DNA from: a virus
Taxonomy: Duplodnaviria > Caudoviricetes
Reading direction: 5' to 3' (one strand)
DNA: 64,000 nt
Virus record (IMG/VR): IMGVR_UViG_3300049137_000091
Location: 1-64,000 of that record
Below, piece by piece: positions 8,308-17,123 of the stretch. The notes under the pieces are model-generated. The model made no database searches, was not told the origin of the DNA, and saw only the letters and a program-made list of their open reading frames with translations. How positions within the stretch are numbered: position 1 is the first letter of the stretch; the number at the start of each line of letters is the position of its first letter. A program made the translations under genes and the position numbers.

Positions 8308-8559
8308 TCACCCGAACCCCGGCGCGGCGAGCAGTCCGGACCGCCGGATCCAGGCGTGGGCGTCGCCCGGCGGCATCGGCCGGGCACCGGGGCGGAGCTG
8401 CGGGGCCGGAGGACCCCACAGCTCTACTTCCGTGGACGGAGCTGTGGGGTCCTCCAGCGCCCGCAGGTCGCGCAGGACGTTCTCGTAGGCGGCCAGCAGA
8501 GCGGTGTAGTTCCTGCTCAGCTCGTGCCGGCTCATCCGGGGTGCGGCGTGCTTGCCCAT
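8308..8559 (-). CDS. Hypothetical protein (83 aa)
   Basis: GAGGAG SD before MGKHAAP. Confidence 0.5.
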   Translation of the reverse strand: MGKHAAPRMSRHELSRNYTALLAAYENVLRDLRALEDPTAPSTEVELWGPPAPQLRPGARPMPPGDAHAWIRRSGLLAAPGFG

Positions 8560-8633
8560 CGGGTCCGTCTCCTCTCGGCTCCCTGCCGGCGCCGCACGGT
8601 AGCGGCAGGGACGGAAACGGCCGAACGCGCTGA

Positions 8634-9092
8634 TCAGTGCACGCGGCGGTTCTGCCAGGCGTCGCGCATGCCGGGGTCGAAGTCGCTGGCCTGGGCGGCG
8701 GCGCGGGAAGCCGGTGCGGTCAGGAAGACCTCGCCCCTGCGCCGGGTGGTCAGCTTCTCCATCACCTCGCCCGGGGTCACCAGCCACTCGAACTCCACGA
8801 AGTCGCGCTCGCCGGGAACAGCGGACGCGCCCCGGTTCACGACCAGGTAGCGGCCGTGGTCGGAGTTGTCGACGGCGAAGATGCGGATCTCCGTCCACCG
8901 GCAGGTCGAGCAGTGGGTGCCGCGCGGTGCGTACTCGCTGCCCGGGTGGTTCTGGTGCCGGGGGCGGTACGACGAGCCGAGCCCGAGCAGGGCGCCGGTC
9001 ACTTCGATGGTTTCACCGTGCTGGTCGGTGATGGTCCAGGTTCCTTCTCGCCCGACCTGTCCCATCGGGGGCAGGGGCGTGGTAGACGGCAT
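8634..9092 (-). CDS. Hypothetical protein with H..HCSTC motif
   Basis: GAGGAG SD; GC-rich third codon positions. Confidence 0.65.
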   Translation of the reverse strand: MPSTTPLPPMGQVGREGTWTITDQHGETIEVTGALLGLGSSYRPRHQNHPGSEYAPRGTHCSTCRWTEIRIFAVDNSDHGRYLVVNRGASAVPGERDFVEFEWLVTPGEVMEKLTTRRRGEVFLTAPASRAAAQASDFDPGMRDAWQNRRVH

Positions 9093-9300
9093 GGTCTCTC
9101 TCCTCAGTCCGTGGTCTCCCTCAGAGGGTACCCACGGCTGAGCAGCCTTCCTTCCTGGGGCTCCGGCCATTCTCGACGGCGTCGGGAGCCGGGCGCCGCC
9201 GACCGGGCGGGCGGCGGCGGGCAGGGCTGTGGCGTGGGGCATTCCGTGGTCTCCAGTCAAGAGCGTGCGTCAGCTTGGGGTTTCACCGTAGTGGGTACCA

Positions 9301-9318
9301 TTGATTTAACCAAATCAA
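9301..9318. promoter_or_regulatory. 18-bp AT-rich operator box between divergent genes
   Basis: TTGATTTAACCAAATCAA palindrome. Confidence 0.75.
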
Positions 9319-9344
9319 ACTTGCTGGGGTGAGGTGACCAAGGA

Positions 9345-9923
9345 ATGCGGATCATCGGTCTCGACCTGTCGATGTCGGCGACAGGCGTGTGCATGCCGGA
9401 CGGCTCGACGGTCGTCATCAAGCCGAAAGGCAAGGGCGATGCCCGGCTGCTGCCGGTGCACGAGCGGCTGTCCGCCGCGCTGCGCGTGGCCCGCCCCGAC
9501 CTGGCCGTGGTGGAGGACATCCGCGCGGGCCTGAAAGGCGACGCGGCCAGGATCATCCCGATGGTGCACGCCGCCGCGCTGCTCGCCCTGATGCAGGCCG
9601 GCGTCCCGTACGTCTACGTCAACGCCATGACACTGAAGGTCTACGCGACCGGCCGGGGCGGCGCCGACAAGGCCGCCATGATGCGCGCCGCACGAGAGCG
9701 GGCCGGCCGTGTGTTCCGCGACGACAACGAATGTGACGCCTGGTGGCTGCACGCGGCCGGACGCGCCGCCTACGGCTCGCTGGTCGTCTCCGTGCCCGAC
9801 AAGCAGGCGCAGGCCCTCCAGGGTGTCGCCTGGCCGGTTGTGAACGGGGCGCACCCGATGGTCGTCTCCATCCCGGCCCCGTCGTCCGGGCGGGGCGCCT
9901 CCCGCCGCCGCGCTGCGGCGTGA
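9345..9923 (+). CDS. RuvC-like Holliday junction resolvase
   Basis: IIGLDLSMSATG, AVVED, LKVYATGRG.ADK, DDNECDA acidic motifs. Confidence 0.8.
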   Translation: MRIIGLDLSMSATGVCMPDGSTVVIKPKGKGDARLLPVHERLSAALRVARPDLAVVEDIRAGLKGDAARIIPMVHAAALLALMQAGVPYVYVNAMTLKVYATGRGGADKAAMMRAARERAGRVFRDDNECDAWWLHAAGRAAYGSLVVSVPDKQAQALQGVAWPVVNGAHPMVVSIPAPSSGRGASRRRAAA

Positions 9924-9940
9924 CATGATGGCGCGCACGG

Positions 9941-9977
9941 CGAAGGCCCCGGGAATCTCTACTTCCCGGGGCCTTCG
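9941..9977. terminator. Hairpin between convergent genes
   Basis: CGAAGGCCCCGGGAA...TTCCCGGGGCCTTCG. Confidence 0.7.
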
Positions 9978-10022
9978 TCTTGCCGTGCAGGCTAGCCCGG
10001 ATTCACCGGACTACCGAATCGC

Positions 10023-10652
10023 TCAGCCCTGCGGGCCGAACGGGTTCGGGGCCGCCGCGCCGCCGCCCTGCGGGCCGAACGGGTTGGGCGCCTCGCCCTC
10101 GCTGGCCGCGAGGAACTGGCCGGCCTTCTTCGTGTTCTGCGCGGCCGGGGTGTACTGGGCGACGAAGGTGTGCGCGAACTTGCTGCCGCTCAGCTTGACG
10201 TCGGCGCCCCGGGCCACCTTCAGGTAGCCACCGATCTCCGGCGCGTCGACTCCGGCCTCCTTCATGGCCTTGCCGATCGCACCCGCCATGCGGCCCTTGA
10301 CGTACAGGACGCGCATGCCGTCGTCCTCCGGCAGCGCCTTCTCGATGTACTGGTTGGTCTCCCAGGTGACGCCCGTGGGCTCGCCCTGGAGTTCGATGAC
10401 GAGCTGGTCCACCGGCTTGGCCGTGGCCGGGAACTTCAGGTCGGACTGCTTGACCCGCTCCTTGCCCTCCCAGAACAGCAGCTCGCCGCTGTTCATGTCG
10501 GTCTGCTGCGCCATGCGGAAGGACTCGATGGTGCCCTCCACGACGAAGCCCGGCTTCGGGAACTTGGCGGCGACGGAGCCGCCGCCCCCGAGGAACTGGG
10601 CGGCGCGAACGGCCTCCACGGCGAACGGGTCGGTCATCGGTGCAGTGGTCAT
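10023..10652 (-). CDS. Putative ssDNA-binding/recombination protein
   Basis: Beta-rich core, flexible NPFG-repeat tail, position next to exonuclease and resolvase. Confidence 0.5.
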   Translation of the reverse strand: MTTAPMTDPFAVEAVRAAQFLGGGGSVAAKFPKPGFVVEGTIESFRMAQQTDMNSGELLFWEGKERVKQSDLKFPATAKPVDQLVIELQGEPTGVTWETNQYIEKALPEDDGMRVLYVKGRMAGAIGKAMKEAGVDAPEIGGYLKVARGADVKLSGSKFAHTFVAQYTPAAQNTKKAGQFLAASEGEAPNPFGPQGGGAAAPNPFGPQG

Positions 10653-10733
10653 CCTGTGTTCCTGTCTCGTGTGTCCTACGTGGTGTGTCCCGCCCCGGTC
10701 GGGGAGGGCTGGAGCCGGCGGTGCGTGGCTCCC

Positions 10734-10821
10734 GTGCGCGGCCGGGGTCTCGAACCCCGGGTCTCTTCGGACGGCCGGGCCGGGATGTCCGAAGGGCTCT
10801 GACCTGTTGAGCTACCGCGCG
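10734..10821 (-). ncRNA. tRNA-like RNA with aberrant anticodon arm
   Basis: GCGCGG/CCGCGC acceptor stem, U8-A9, D arm GCTC-AACAGGTCA-GAGC, T arm CCGGGG-TTCGAGA-CCCCGG; 8-bp stem plus 14-nt loop in place of the anticodon arm. Confidence 0.65.
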
Positions 10822-11046
10822 ACCAGCGGTTAACGTCCGCCGACAGACCCCGAGCCGGCCACCGCTGTAGGTCTTTCGCCCTTGGGCTACTTGCCGCACG
10901 GCTGGCGCGTCGTTGGGTCTTCTCAGGCCCCGGGGCCGGGGGAGCGGAACCCCGGGGCAGTCTCTGTGGAGTTGTGACGCTTTGTCACGAACTTCTGGAA
11001 CGCCCGGTGTTGCTGCGTTCCGTGTACTTATATGGTACCCCGGATC

Positions 11047-11064
11047 ATGGATTAGTTAAACCAT
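11047..11064 (-). promoter_or_regulatory. 18-bp AT-rich operator box upstream of the tRNA-like RNA
   Basis: ATGGTTTAACTAATCCAT on minus strand. Confidence 0.75.
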
Positions 11065-11078
11065 TTTCCGGGGTCCTT

Positions 11079-13868
11079 TCAGCCGCCGGGTTCGGCGAGT
11101 TGCCGCAGGCGGGACTGCATGAGACGCACCAGTTCGTCCAGCTCGGCGGGGGACGCCCCGGCCTTCGTCGCCTCGTCCCAGACGGCCGCCGCCTCGCCCT
11201 GCGTGGTGACGACGGCCGCCCGATCGCGCAGCGACGCCGGCCGCACCGTCGTGCGCGAGGTGACTCCGGTGTCCGGGTCGTAGTCGCCCACCATCGGCGC
11301 CGACCGCACGACGTCGGCCGCCGCCCGCTGCGGCGCGAACGTCTGCTGCTCCGACACGGCGACCGGGGCCGCCAGCTTGCGGTTGTTGCGCCAGGCACGC
11401 ACCCGCTCACACAGCACAGCCGCGTTCCAGCCCGACTCCAGGTCCAGACCCCACACGGCCGGCTCGATGCCATCGGTCTTCTCCACCGGCAGGTGGACGA
11501 TCACGCCGACGTCCGCACGGATCACCGCGTCCCCGACAGGCTTCGGGTCCCACGCCTCGGCGTCCCAGTCGTACCGGCCCACGGTGATCAGGCCCTGCGC
11601 GTAGACGGCGAGCTGAATCGCGATCTCGCCCCAGCCGTACGACAGGTCCCGGCCGGTCTTCTTGTCGCCGATCACGTACTCGCCCGGGTTCAGCGTGACC
11701 GGGCCCCGGCCGGTGTTGACCGTCAGCGGCTTGGTCACCTTGTAACAGTTGTCGCTGGTCCCGGCCACGCCGTACTGCTTGACGAGCGTCGTGAACTCGA
11801 TCAGGTTCGGGACCGGCTCCAGGCCGGTCGCCTCCAGCAGCGCGATGTAGGTCTCGACGTCGGCCCGCATGTCCGGCTGCACGCGCCCGAGCACGCTGCG
11901 CGGTCCGGCCGGCGTGTGCCAGGCCCGGTCCACCAGCTCGGTGAAGGAGTGCATCGCCGTACCCAGCTTGGCAGCGACCTTGTCACCGGCCGCGCTGGTC
12001 AGCGTCTCCGTCAGCTCGTCCAGCAGTTTCTTGTCGGCCCGCACGTGCTTGCCGTGCGCGCGGGAGACGACGTCGGGCCGCAGCGTGGCGCCCAGCAGCG
12101 TCATCCGCTTCTGCCACTGGGACAGCGCGTAGGTGTCGCTGATCGACTTGGCGAACGTGGTCGCCCGGGTCCACCCCTTCTCCTTGCCGGTGTCCGGGTG
12201 CGGCAGCAGGTAGCGGCCCCACTTGTCGCGCTTGGCCTCCTTCTCGCCGTGCGCACCGGACCCGGCGGCGAGGAAGGCCGCCGCCGCGTCGGCCGGGTTC
12301 TGCTGCGGCTGTGTGGGCACCGACGGACGGCCGCCACCCAGGAAGGCCGCCGCCGCTGCGCTCTGGTCAGTCACCGCAGCACTCCTGCCGTTCGTAGCCG
12401 CCCTGCCCGTCGGCGCGGATGATGTCACCGAACTCGATTCCGGCGAAACAGCCGGAGCATTCGCCGTCGTAGCTGGCCTCGAACCAGGGGCCGGGGCCGT
12501 CGTCGCCGGGGCCGCCGGCGAGGAAGTCAGCCGCTGCTGCGGCGTCGTCACGGTGCTGCACTGGGTCTCCTGTTCCTTGGTCTGCGGAGCGGGGACCCGC
12601 TCCACGATCTCTCCGAGGTTGGCGAGGTCGCCGGTCACCCCGTCGTACGGGCCGCCGACCACGACGGCGTGGATGACGCCGTTGGTCTCGCCGGTGACGC
12701 GCATGGTGGCGCCGCCCCGGACGAAGTGATCCCCGGTCTCCAGGTGTCCGAGCAGTGTCGGACCGATACCGCGCGCCGCCATGGCGTCCAGCACGGTGCC
12801 CGTGCCCTCCGACTCGGCGGCGAGCAGCCCGGCCAGCGGCGACGGCACCGGGACGGCCGGGACAATCGGGTCGCGGGTGCCGCACAGCACGCACTCGTTG
12901 ACGTCGCGGCCGTCCTCGTCGGTGCCCGCGTAGGCCACGCCGACCGGGTGCGTGCACGGCGTCCCGCAGGCAACGCACACGGCCCGGCCGTCCTCGACAC
13001 CGAAGGTCGCGTCGTCGTGATGACAGAGGCGCCCGCCCTCGGTCATGCCGGGCGGGATCTTGTTGGCGGTCGTCCGGCGGTCGCACTCCTCGCACGCGGT
13101 GACTCCGTGCGGGACGTCCGTGCCGCAGCCGGGGCAGCGGTGGTCGTCGGTGTCGCACTTGACGCAGTCGGAGTCGCGCCCGTTGGCGGCCTGCCGCATC
13201 ACTGAGCAGTCCGGCGAGTCGCACGTCTCCTCTGGGCCCTCGTGCACCCACTTGGTGCCGGACGGGTCGGTGTACTCGTGGTGCTCGGACGCGGCCGGCT
13301 TCGCGTCGATCAACTCGCGGAGCTGGTCGGCCTCCGACTTGACCTCGCCGCACACGATGCACGCGGTGGCGCCGTACTGGTCGGTGTCGTACTCGGGGTG
13401 CGAACAGGGCTCCGTCTTCGGCGCCGGGATGACCGGCTTGTCCGCGCCCCGGAAGGCGTGGCAGTCGTGGCAGGCGCCGATCTCGCGGTGTTCGCAGTCG
13501 AAGGCGATGGTGGCCACGCGGCCGTCGGTCGTGCCGATCTGGTCTGGGTACTCGCCGAGCGGGAAGTCGGACCCGCCGGGGCAGGGCCGGGGCACCGCCT
13601 CCGGCGTCAGGTGGCTGCGGGCCCGGCCGTTGGCGGTGAGCACGACGGGGTGACGGCAGACGCGGCACTGGTGGCCGTCGGCTCCAGTACCCGTCGGCCG
13701 GCCGGTCTCGCCGGCAGGCGGCATGCCGATGCCCTTGCACTTGCGGGAGTCCGGGCCGGACTGGTGGTCGGGGTTGTCGGTCAGGTGGTGGCGCATCCCG
13801 CCGGACGCGGTGAGCGTGCACGTCTTGCCGCAGACAGGGCAGGGCAGCTTGTCCTTGGTCTCGGTCAT
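11079..13868 (-). CDS. PD-(D/E)XK (Cas4/RecB-like) exonuclease; long ORF with Cys/His-rich N-terminus, probable internal start at 12374
   Basis: RDKWGRY, GTAMH, GVAGTSD, IGDKKTG, IQLAVYA motifs; many CxxC pairs in the N-terminal half. Confidence 0.75.
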   Translation of the reverse strand: MTETKDKLPCPVCGKTCTLTASGGMRHHLTDNPDHQSGPDSRKCKGIGMPPAGETGRPTGTGADGHQCRVCRHPVVLTANGRARSHLTPEAVPRPCPGGSDFPLGEYPDQIGTTDGRVATIAFDCEHREIGACHDCHAFRGADKPVIPAPKTEPCSHPEYDTDQYGATACIVCGEVKSEADQLRELIDAKPAASEHHEYTDPSGTKWVHEGPEETCDSPDCSVMRQAANGRDSDCVKCDTDDHRCPGCGTDVPHGVTACEECDRRTTANKIPPGMTEGGRLCHHDDATFGVEDGRAVCVACGTPCTHPVGVAYAGTDEDGRDVNECVLCGTRDPIVPAVPVPSPLAGLLAAESEGTGTVLDAMAARGIGPTLLGHLETGDHFVRGGATMRVTGETNGVIHAVVVGGPYDGVTGDLANLGEIVERVPAPQTKEQETQCSTVTTPQQRLTSSPAAPATTAPAPGSRPATTANAPAVSPESSSVTSSAPTGRAATNGRSAAVTDQSAAAAAFLGGGRPSVPTQPQQNPADAAAAFLAAGSGAHGEKEAKRDKWGRYLLPHPDTGKEKGWTRATTFAKSISDTYALSQWQKRMTLLGATLRPDVVSRAHGKHVRADKKLLDELTETLTSAAGDKVAAKLGTAMHSFTELVDRAWHTPAGPRSVLGRVQPDMRADVETYIALLEATGLEPVPNLIEFTTLVKQYGVAGTSDNCYKVTKPLTVNTGRGPVTLNPGEYVIGDKKTGRDLSYGWGEIAIQLAVYAQGLITVGRYDWDAEAWDPKPVGDAVIRADVGVIVHLPVEKTDGIEPAVWGLDLESGWNAAVLCERVRAWRNNRKLAAPVAVSEQQTFAPQRAAADVVRSAPMVGDYDPDTGVTSRTTVRPASLRDRAAVVTTQGEAAAVWDEATKAGASPAELDELVRLMQSRLRQLAEPGG
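12367..12561 (-). CDS. Nested out-of-frame 64-aa Cys-containing protein
   Basis: GTG with GGAG SD and ACCAAGGAA; high GC3 where the long frame uses rare codons; WFEASYDGECSGC...ECC. Confidence 0.7.
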   Translation of the reverse strand: MQHRDDAAAAADFLAGGPGDDGPGPWFEASYDGECSGCFAGIEFGDIIRADGQGGYERQECCGD

Positions 13869-13949
13869 CCGAGTACCTTCCTCGTTTCCTTGGTCATGGC
13901 CTAACGGCCTGGTGGGGAGGGGTTCTTCGCCCCTCCCCGGGTTCCTTGG

Positions 13950-14408
13950 TCAGCGTCCGTACGTCCGGAACGGGTTCTCGGGCTCCGGCGCCGGGGTACG
14001 TCGCGTCTGGTGCTGGAGGACGCGCACCATCGCGTCCCGCACCGCCGGGTCCATGTGCCGCAGGGCGTCGCGGACGTCGGGGTCCAGCGCGTCCATGTCG
14101 GCGGCCGGGAGACGGGACGCCTTGCGCACCAGGGCCTCGCCGGGCTCCGGCTCGGGGTCTCCGCAGACGATGCAGAAGGACCCGCTGTGCCCGGTGCCGT
14201 CGTCAGCCCACCGGTAGTCGTGCTCGTGCCGGTTGCGGTCGGCGTCGGCCGCCTCGTAGGCACCCTGGTAGGCGTGGCTGTTGAAGTAACCCATCGCCCG
14301 GTACACGTCGGGGTCGTCGTCGTCGCTGCGGTACGCCATGTCGTACAGGGTCGTGAACGCCAGGCTGATCTCCTCGCGGATGATCCGTCGGATGTCGTCT
14401 TCGTCCAT
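13950..14408 (-). CDS. Hypothetical acidic protein with H..C..C motif
   Basis: ACCACGGAA plus AT-box upstream. Confidence 0.6.
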   Translation of the reverse strand: MDEDDIRRIIREEISLAFTTLYDMAYRSDDDDPDVYRAMGYFNSHAYQGAYEAADADRNRHEHDYRWADDGTGHSGSFCIVCGDPEPEPGEALVRKASRLPAADMDALDPDVRDALRHMDPAVRDAMVRVLQHQTRRTPAPEPENPFRTYGR

Positions 14409-14445
14409 CGTTCCGTGGTCCTTCCGTCGCGGGGCACACGGCCCC

Positions 14446-14463
14446 ATGGATTAATTAAACCAT
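14446..14463 (-). promoter_or_regulatory. 18-bp AT-rich operator box
   Basis: Identical to the 48-65 copy. Confidence 0.8.
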
Positions 14464-14474
14464 ACTCGGGCGAG

Positions 14475-17123
14475 CTACGCCACGAAACGGTCCAGCTTCC
14501 GTGACGCGGTGACGACCGCGAACAGGTCGGACGCCTCACCCATGCGGATGCCGTCCGGCGTCTGCACGCCTGCGTAGGCGAGCAGCCCGAGCAGCTTCGG
14601 CGTGGCCGGCTTGCGCCTCCAGGCGGCCGTCTTCGTCATGTTCAGCGTGCTGCGGTCCTGCGCTTCCGACTCCGCCCAGGCCATCGCCATGCCCAGGTCC
14701 AGCCCGGTGTGCAGCTTTTCCCAGTTGCCCCGGGGCGGGGCGTGGACCACCGACCACTTCTCCGGCTCCTCGTCCGGCCACAGCGCGATCTCGCCGCTGT
14801 CACCGATCGGGATGAACTGGACGCCGCCTGGGGTGCGCAGCCACGAGTACGCGGCCGACCCGGTGAACAGGTCGATTTCCCGGTGCGTCAGCTCGAACGC
14901 AGGCGAGCCGGCCGGGACCTTGCGGCCCGCCTCCTCCGCCTCGCGCACGACGGCTTCGGCCAGCGTCTCGCCGTCCTTCACCTGCCGCACGGCGGCGCCC
15001 GGGTCCAGGTCGATGAGCGTGCACAGCGACCCGCCGGTGCCGCCCAGGATGAGCACCGAGGCGTCCTTCTTCCCGGTCGCCGGCGACGGCCGCAGCACCC
15101 GGCCCACCATCTGGATGAAGAGGGGCTGCGACTTGGTGGGCCGCGCGATGACCGCGCAGTCGGCGAACGGGAAGTCGGCGCCCTCGGTGAGCACCATGCA
15201 GTTGACCAGCGTGCGCACGGAGCCCTCGCGGAACCTGCGGTAGATGTCCAGCCTCTCCTCGCGGGGCGTCCCGCCATGCACGTAGGCCGCGCTCGGCAGG
15301 GCCGCCGCCGTCTCCCGCGCCACCTCGACGGTCGGCGTGAAGACGATCGGCGACCGCCGGTCGGCCGCGTGTTCCTCCAGCACCTTGGCGATGATCTGCG
15401 GGCCGCCTGACTCCATCAGCGCGCGTCCGAGGTCTTTCGCCTGGTAGTCGCCTGCCGTCCGCTTGACGTCGGCCAGGTTCAGGGTGTCCACGTCGATGAT
15501 CCGGGAGCTGACGTCCACCAGGTAGCCACGGGCCATCGCCCACAGCGGGGACCGGGTGTAAACCGCGTCCTCCCAGACACCGCCGAGACCCTGACCGTCG
15601 CCCCGGGCCAGCGTCGCCGTCACCCCGATCGCGCGGGTGCCCGGCATGCCGGAGAAGCACCCGAGCCCGGCCAGGATGTTGCGGTAGGACACGGCCGCCG
15701 CGTGGTGGCACTCGTCCACGATGACCAAGCCGACCGGCCCGTACTTCTCCTGCGAGTCGGCGAGCTGCTGGAAGCGCTTCTCCCGGGCCAGGGTCTGAAC
15801 GGAGCAGACCATGACGTCGGCGTGCACATCGTTGTCCCCGGCCTTGACCTTGCCTGCCGACAGGGCGGGTTCGGTCTGCCGCAGCTTGGCCAGCGTCTGG
15901 TCGGCGAGTTCGTCACGGTGCACGAGGACGACGACGCGCGTCCCCTCCGTCTCGACGTGCTCCACGGCCATGCGGGAGAAGACGACCGTGTTGTGCGTGA
16001 CGATGTGGTGTCGTGTCACCTGATACAGACTGTCCGGGGCCGCCACGCTGATGCAGCGGATCTCCTGGTCCTCTACGCGCTCCACGCCCACAACCGCGCG
16101 CCGGGGTTCGAGCGTCCGGCGCGGGCCGCCGGGGCGGTTCTTGCGCGGCGTGGAGAACGCGGGGGTGTCCGACGGCATGAGGATGTTGACCACGATGTTC
16201 TGGTACGCCTTGCCGTTGGACGGCTGCACCCGGTCGTAGGCCGACACGCTGGCGGTACCTCCCAGGGAGCACACCAGCTCCCGCACGTCCTCCGCCAGAC
16301 GCAGCGACGTCGTGTGGTAGCAGACCGCCCGGCGTTCGGCCCGGCTGGACCCGTCGTTGTCCATGAGGCCGTGCAGCAGGGCGACACGCTGCCGAGTCCC
16401 CGCCTCCAGGTACCGGCGCGGGATGAACTTGTCCGCGCTGTTGACGCACAGGCCCATCGCACGGACGTGTCGCTGCACGCCACGGACGATGAACCGGGGG
16501 CACCACTTCGTCTCGTCTACGGAGACCCGCGTCACCTCGTGCTCCGCCTGAACGCGTTCGGCCACGTGCTCGTCGGGCGTCGTCAGGACGGGGCTCGTGT
16601 GTGACAGGTAGCCGTTGGCGATCAGGGCGCCCAGAGTGTACGGGCCAACAGGGAGTTCCACGTCGGCGGTGACCGTGCCGGACATCGGGATGGACCACCG
16701 GTTGTTCCGGCCGTGCTTCAGCCCGAGGCCCGCGATGTCCGCCGTGGAGAGCGTCCGGACCTCCCCGGCCGTGCGCCGGTGCGCGTAGTCCCGGGCGGTC
16801 CACAGGTGGTCGGCGTCCGTGACGACGGACGACCCGTCCCCGAACGTGACCCGGTACGCGGGTAGCACGCCCCGGTCGTAGACTCCGGTGATCTCGGTGG
16901 GCCGGCCGTTGCTGCCGAAGACGAGGTCCCCGGCCTGGAGGTCGCCCCACTTGCGCAGGCCCTGCGGGGTGGGGATCTCGGTGTCCAGCGGGTGGCCTTT
17001 GCCCATGCCGGTGGCCAGCACGATGGCCGGCCGCTGCATGCCCTCTTTCCACGCGGTGTGCACGGCGTCGATCGCCTCGCGCTGATAGGGCCGCAGCGTG
17101 ATGTGCTCCTGCGCCGGGCTCAT
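14475..17123 (-). CDS. SF2 DEAD/DEAH-type helicase interrupted by an intein
   Basis: LRPYQ, ATGMGK|T, DECHH, TATLARGD, LTEGAD, QMVGR motifs. Confidence 0.9.
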   Translation of the reverse strand: MSPAQEHITLRPYQREAIDAVHTAWKEGMQRPAIVLATGMGKGHPLDTEIPTPQGLRKWGDLQAGDLVFGSNGRPTEITGVYDRGVLPAYRVTFGDGSSVVTDADHLWTARDYAHRRTAGEVRTLSTADIAGLGLKHGRNNRWSIPMSGTVTADVELPVGPYTLGALIANGYLSHTSPVLTTPDEHVAERVQAEHEVTRVSVDETKWCPRFIVRGVQRHVRAMGLCVNSADKFIPRRYLEAGTRQRVALLHGLMDNDGSSRAERRAVCYHTTSLRLAEDVRELVCSLGGTASVSAYDRVQPSNGKAYQNIVVNILMPSDTPAFSTPRKNRPGGPRRTLEPRRAVVGVERVEDQEIRCISVAAPDSLYQVTRHHIVTHNTVVFSRMAVEHVETEGTRVVVLVHRDELADQTLAKLRQTEPALSAGKVKAGDNDVHADVMVCSVQTLAREKRFQQLADSQEKYGPVGLVIVDECHHAAAVSYRNILAGLGCFSGMPGTRAIGVTATLARGDGQGLGGVWEDAVYTRSPLWAMARGYLVDVSSRIIDVDTLNLADVKRTAGDYQAKDLGRALMESGGPQIIAKVLEEHAADRRSPIVFTPTVEVARETAAALPSAAYVHGGTPREERLDIYRRFREGSVRTLVNCMVLTEGADFPFADCAVIARPTKSQPLFIQMVGRVLRPSPATGKKDASVLILGGTGGSLCTLIDLDPGAAVRQVKDGETLAEAVVREAEEAGRKVPAGSPAFELTHREIDLFTGSAAYSWLRTPGGVQFIPIGDSGEIALWPDEEPEKWSVVHAPPRGNWEKLHTGLDLGMAMAWAESEAQDRSTLNMTKTAAWRRKPATPKLLGLLAYAGVQTPDGIRMGEASDLFAVVTASRKLDRFVA
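15990..16997 (-). mobile_element. Class-3-type intein (336 aa) with LAGLIDADG homing endonuclease
   Basis: Starts with Gly after GMGK, ends THN before Thr; W in block B (DHLW), C in block F (IRCISV), T in block G; LGALIANG and LHGLMDNDG motifs. Confidence 0.85.

Noticed and set aside
10734-10821. Call as a functional tRNA-Met/fMet
   Set aside because: No 7-nt anticodon loop, no U33, no GGG/CCC initiator stem; reported as tRNA-like instead.
11079-12374. Cas4-like nuclease as CRISPR component
   Set aside because: No array or other cas genes; this fold is a common phage recombination exonuclease.
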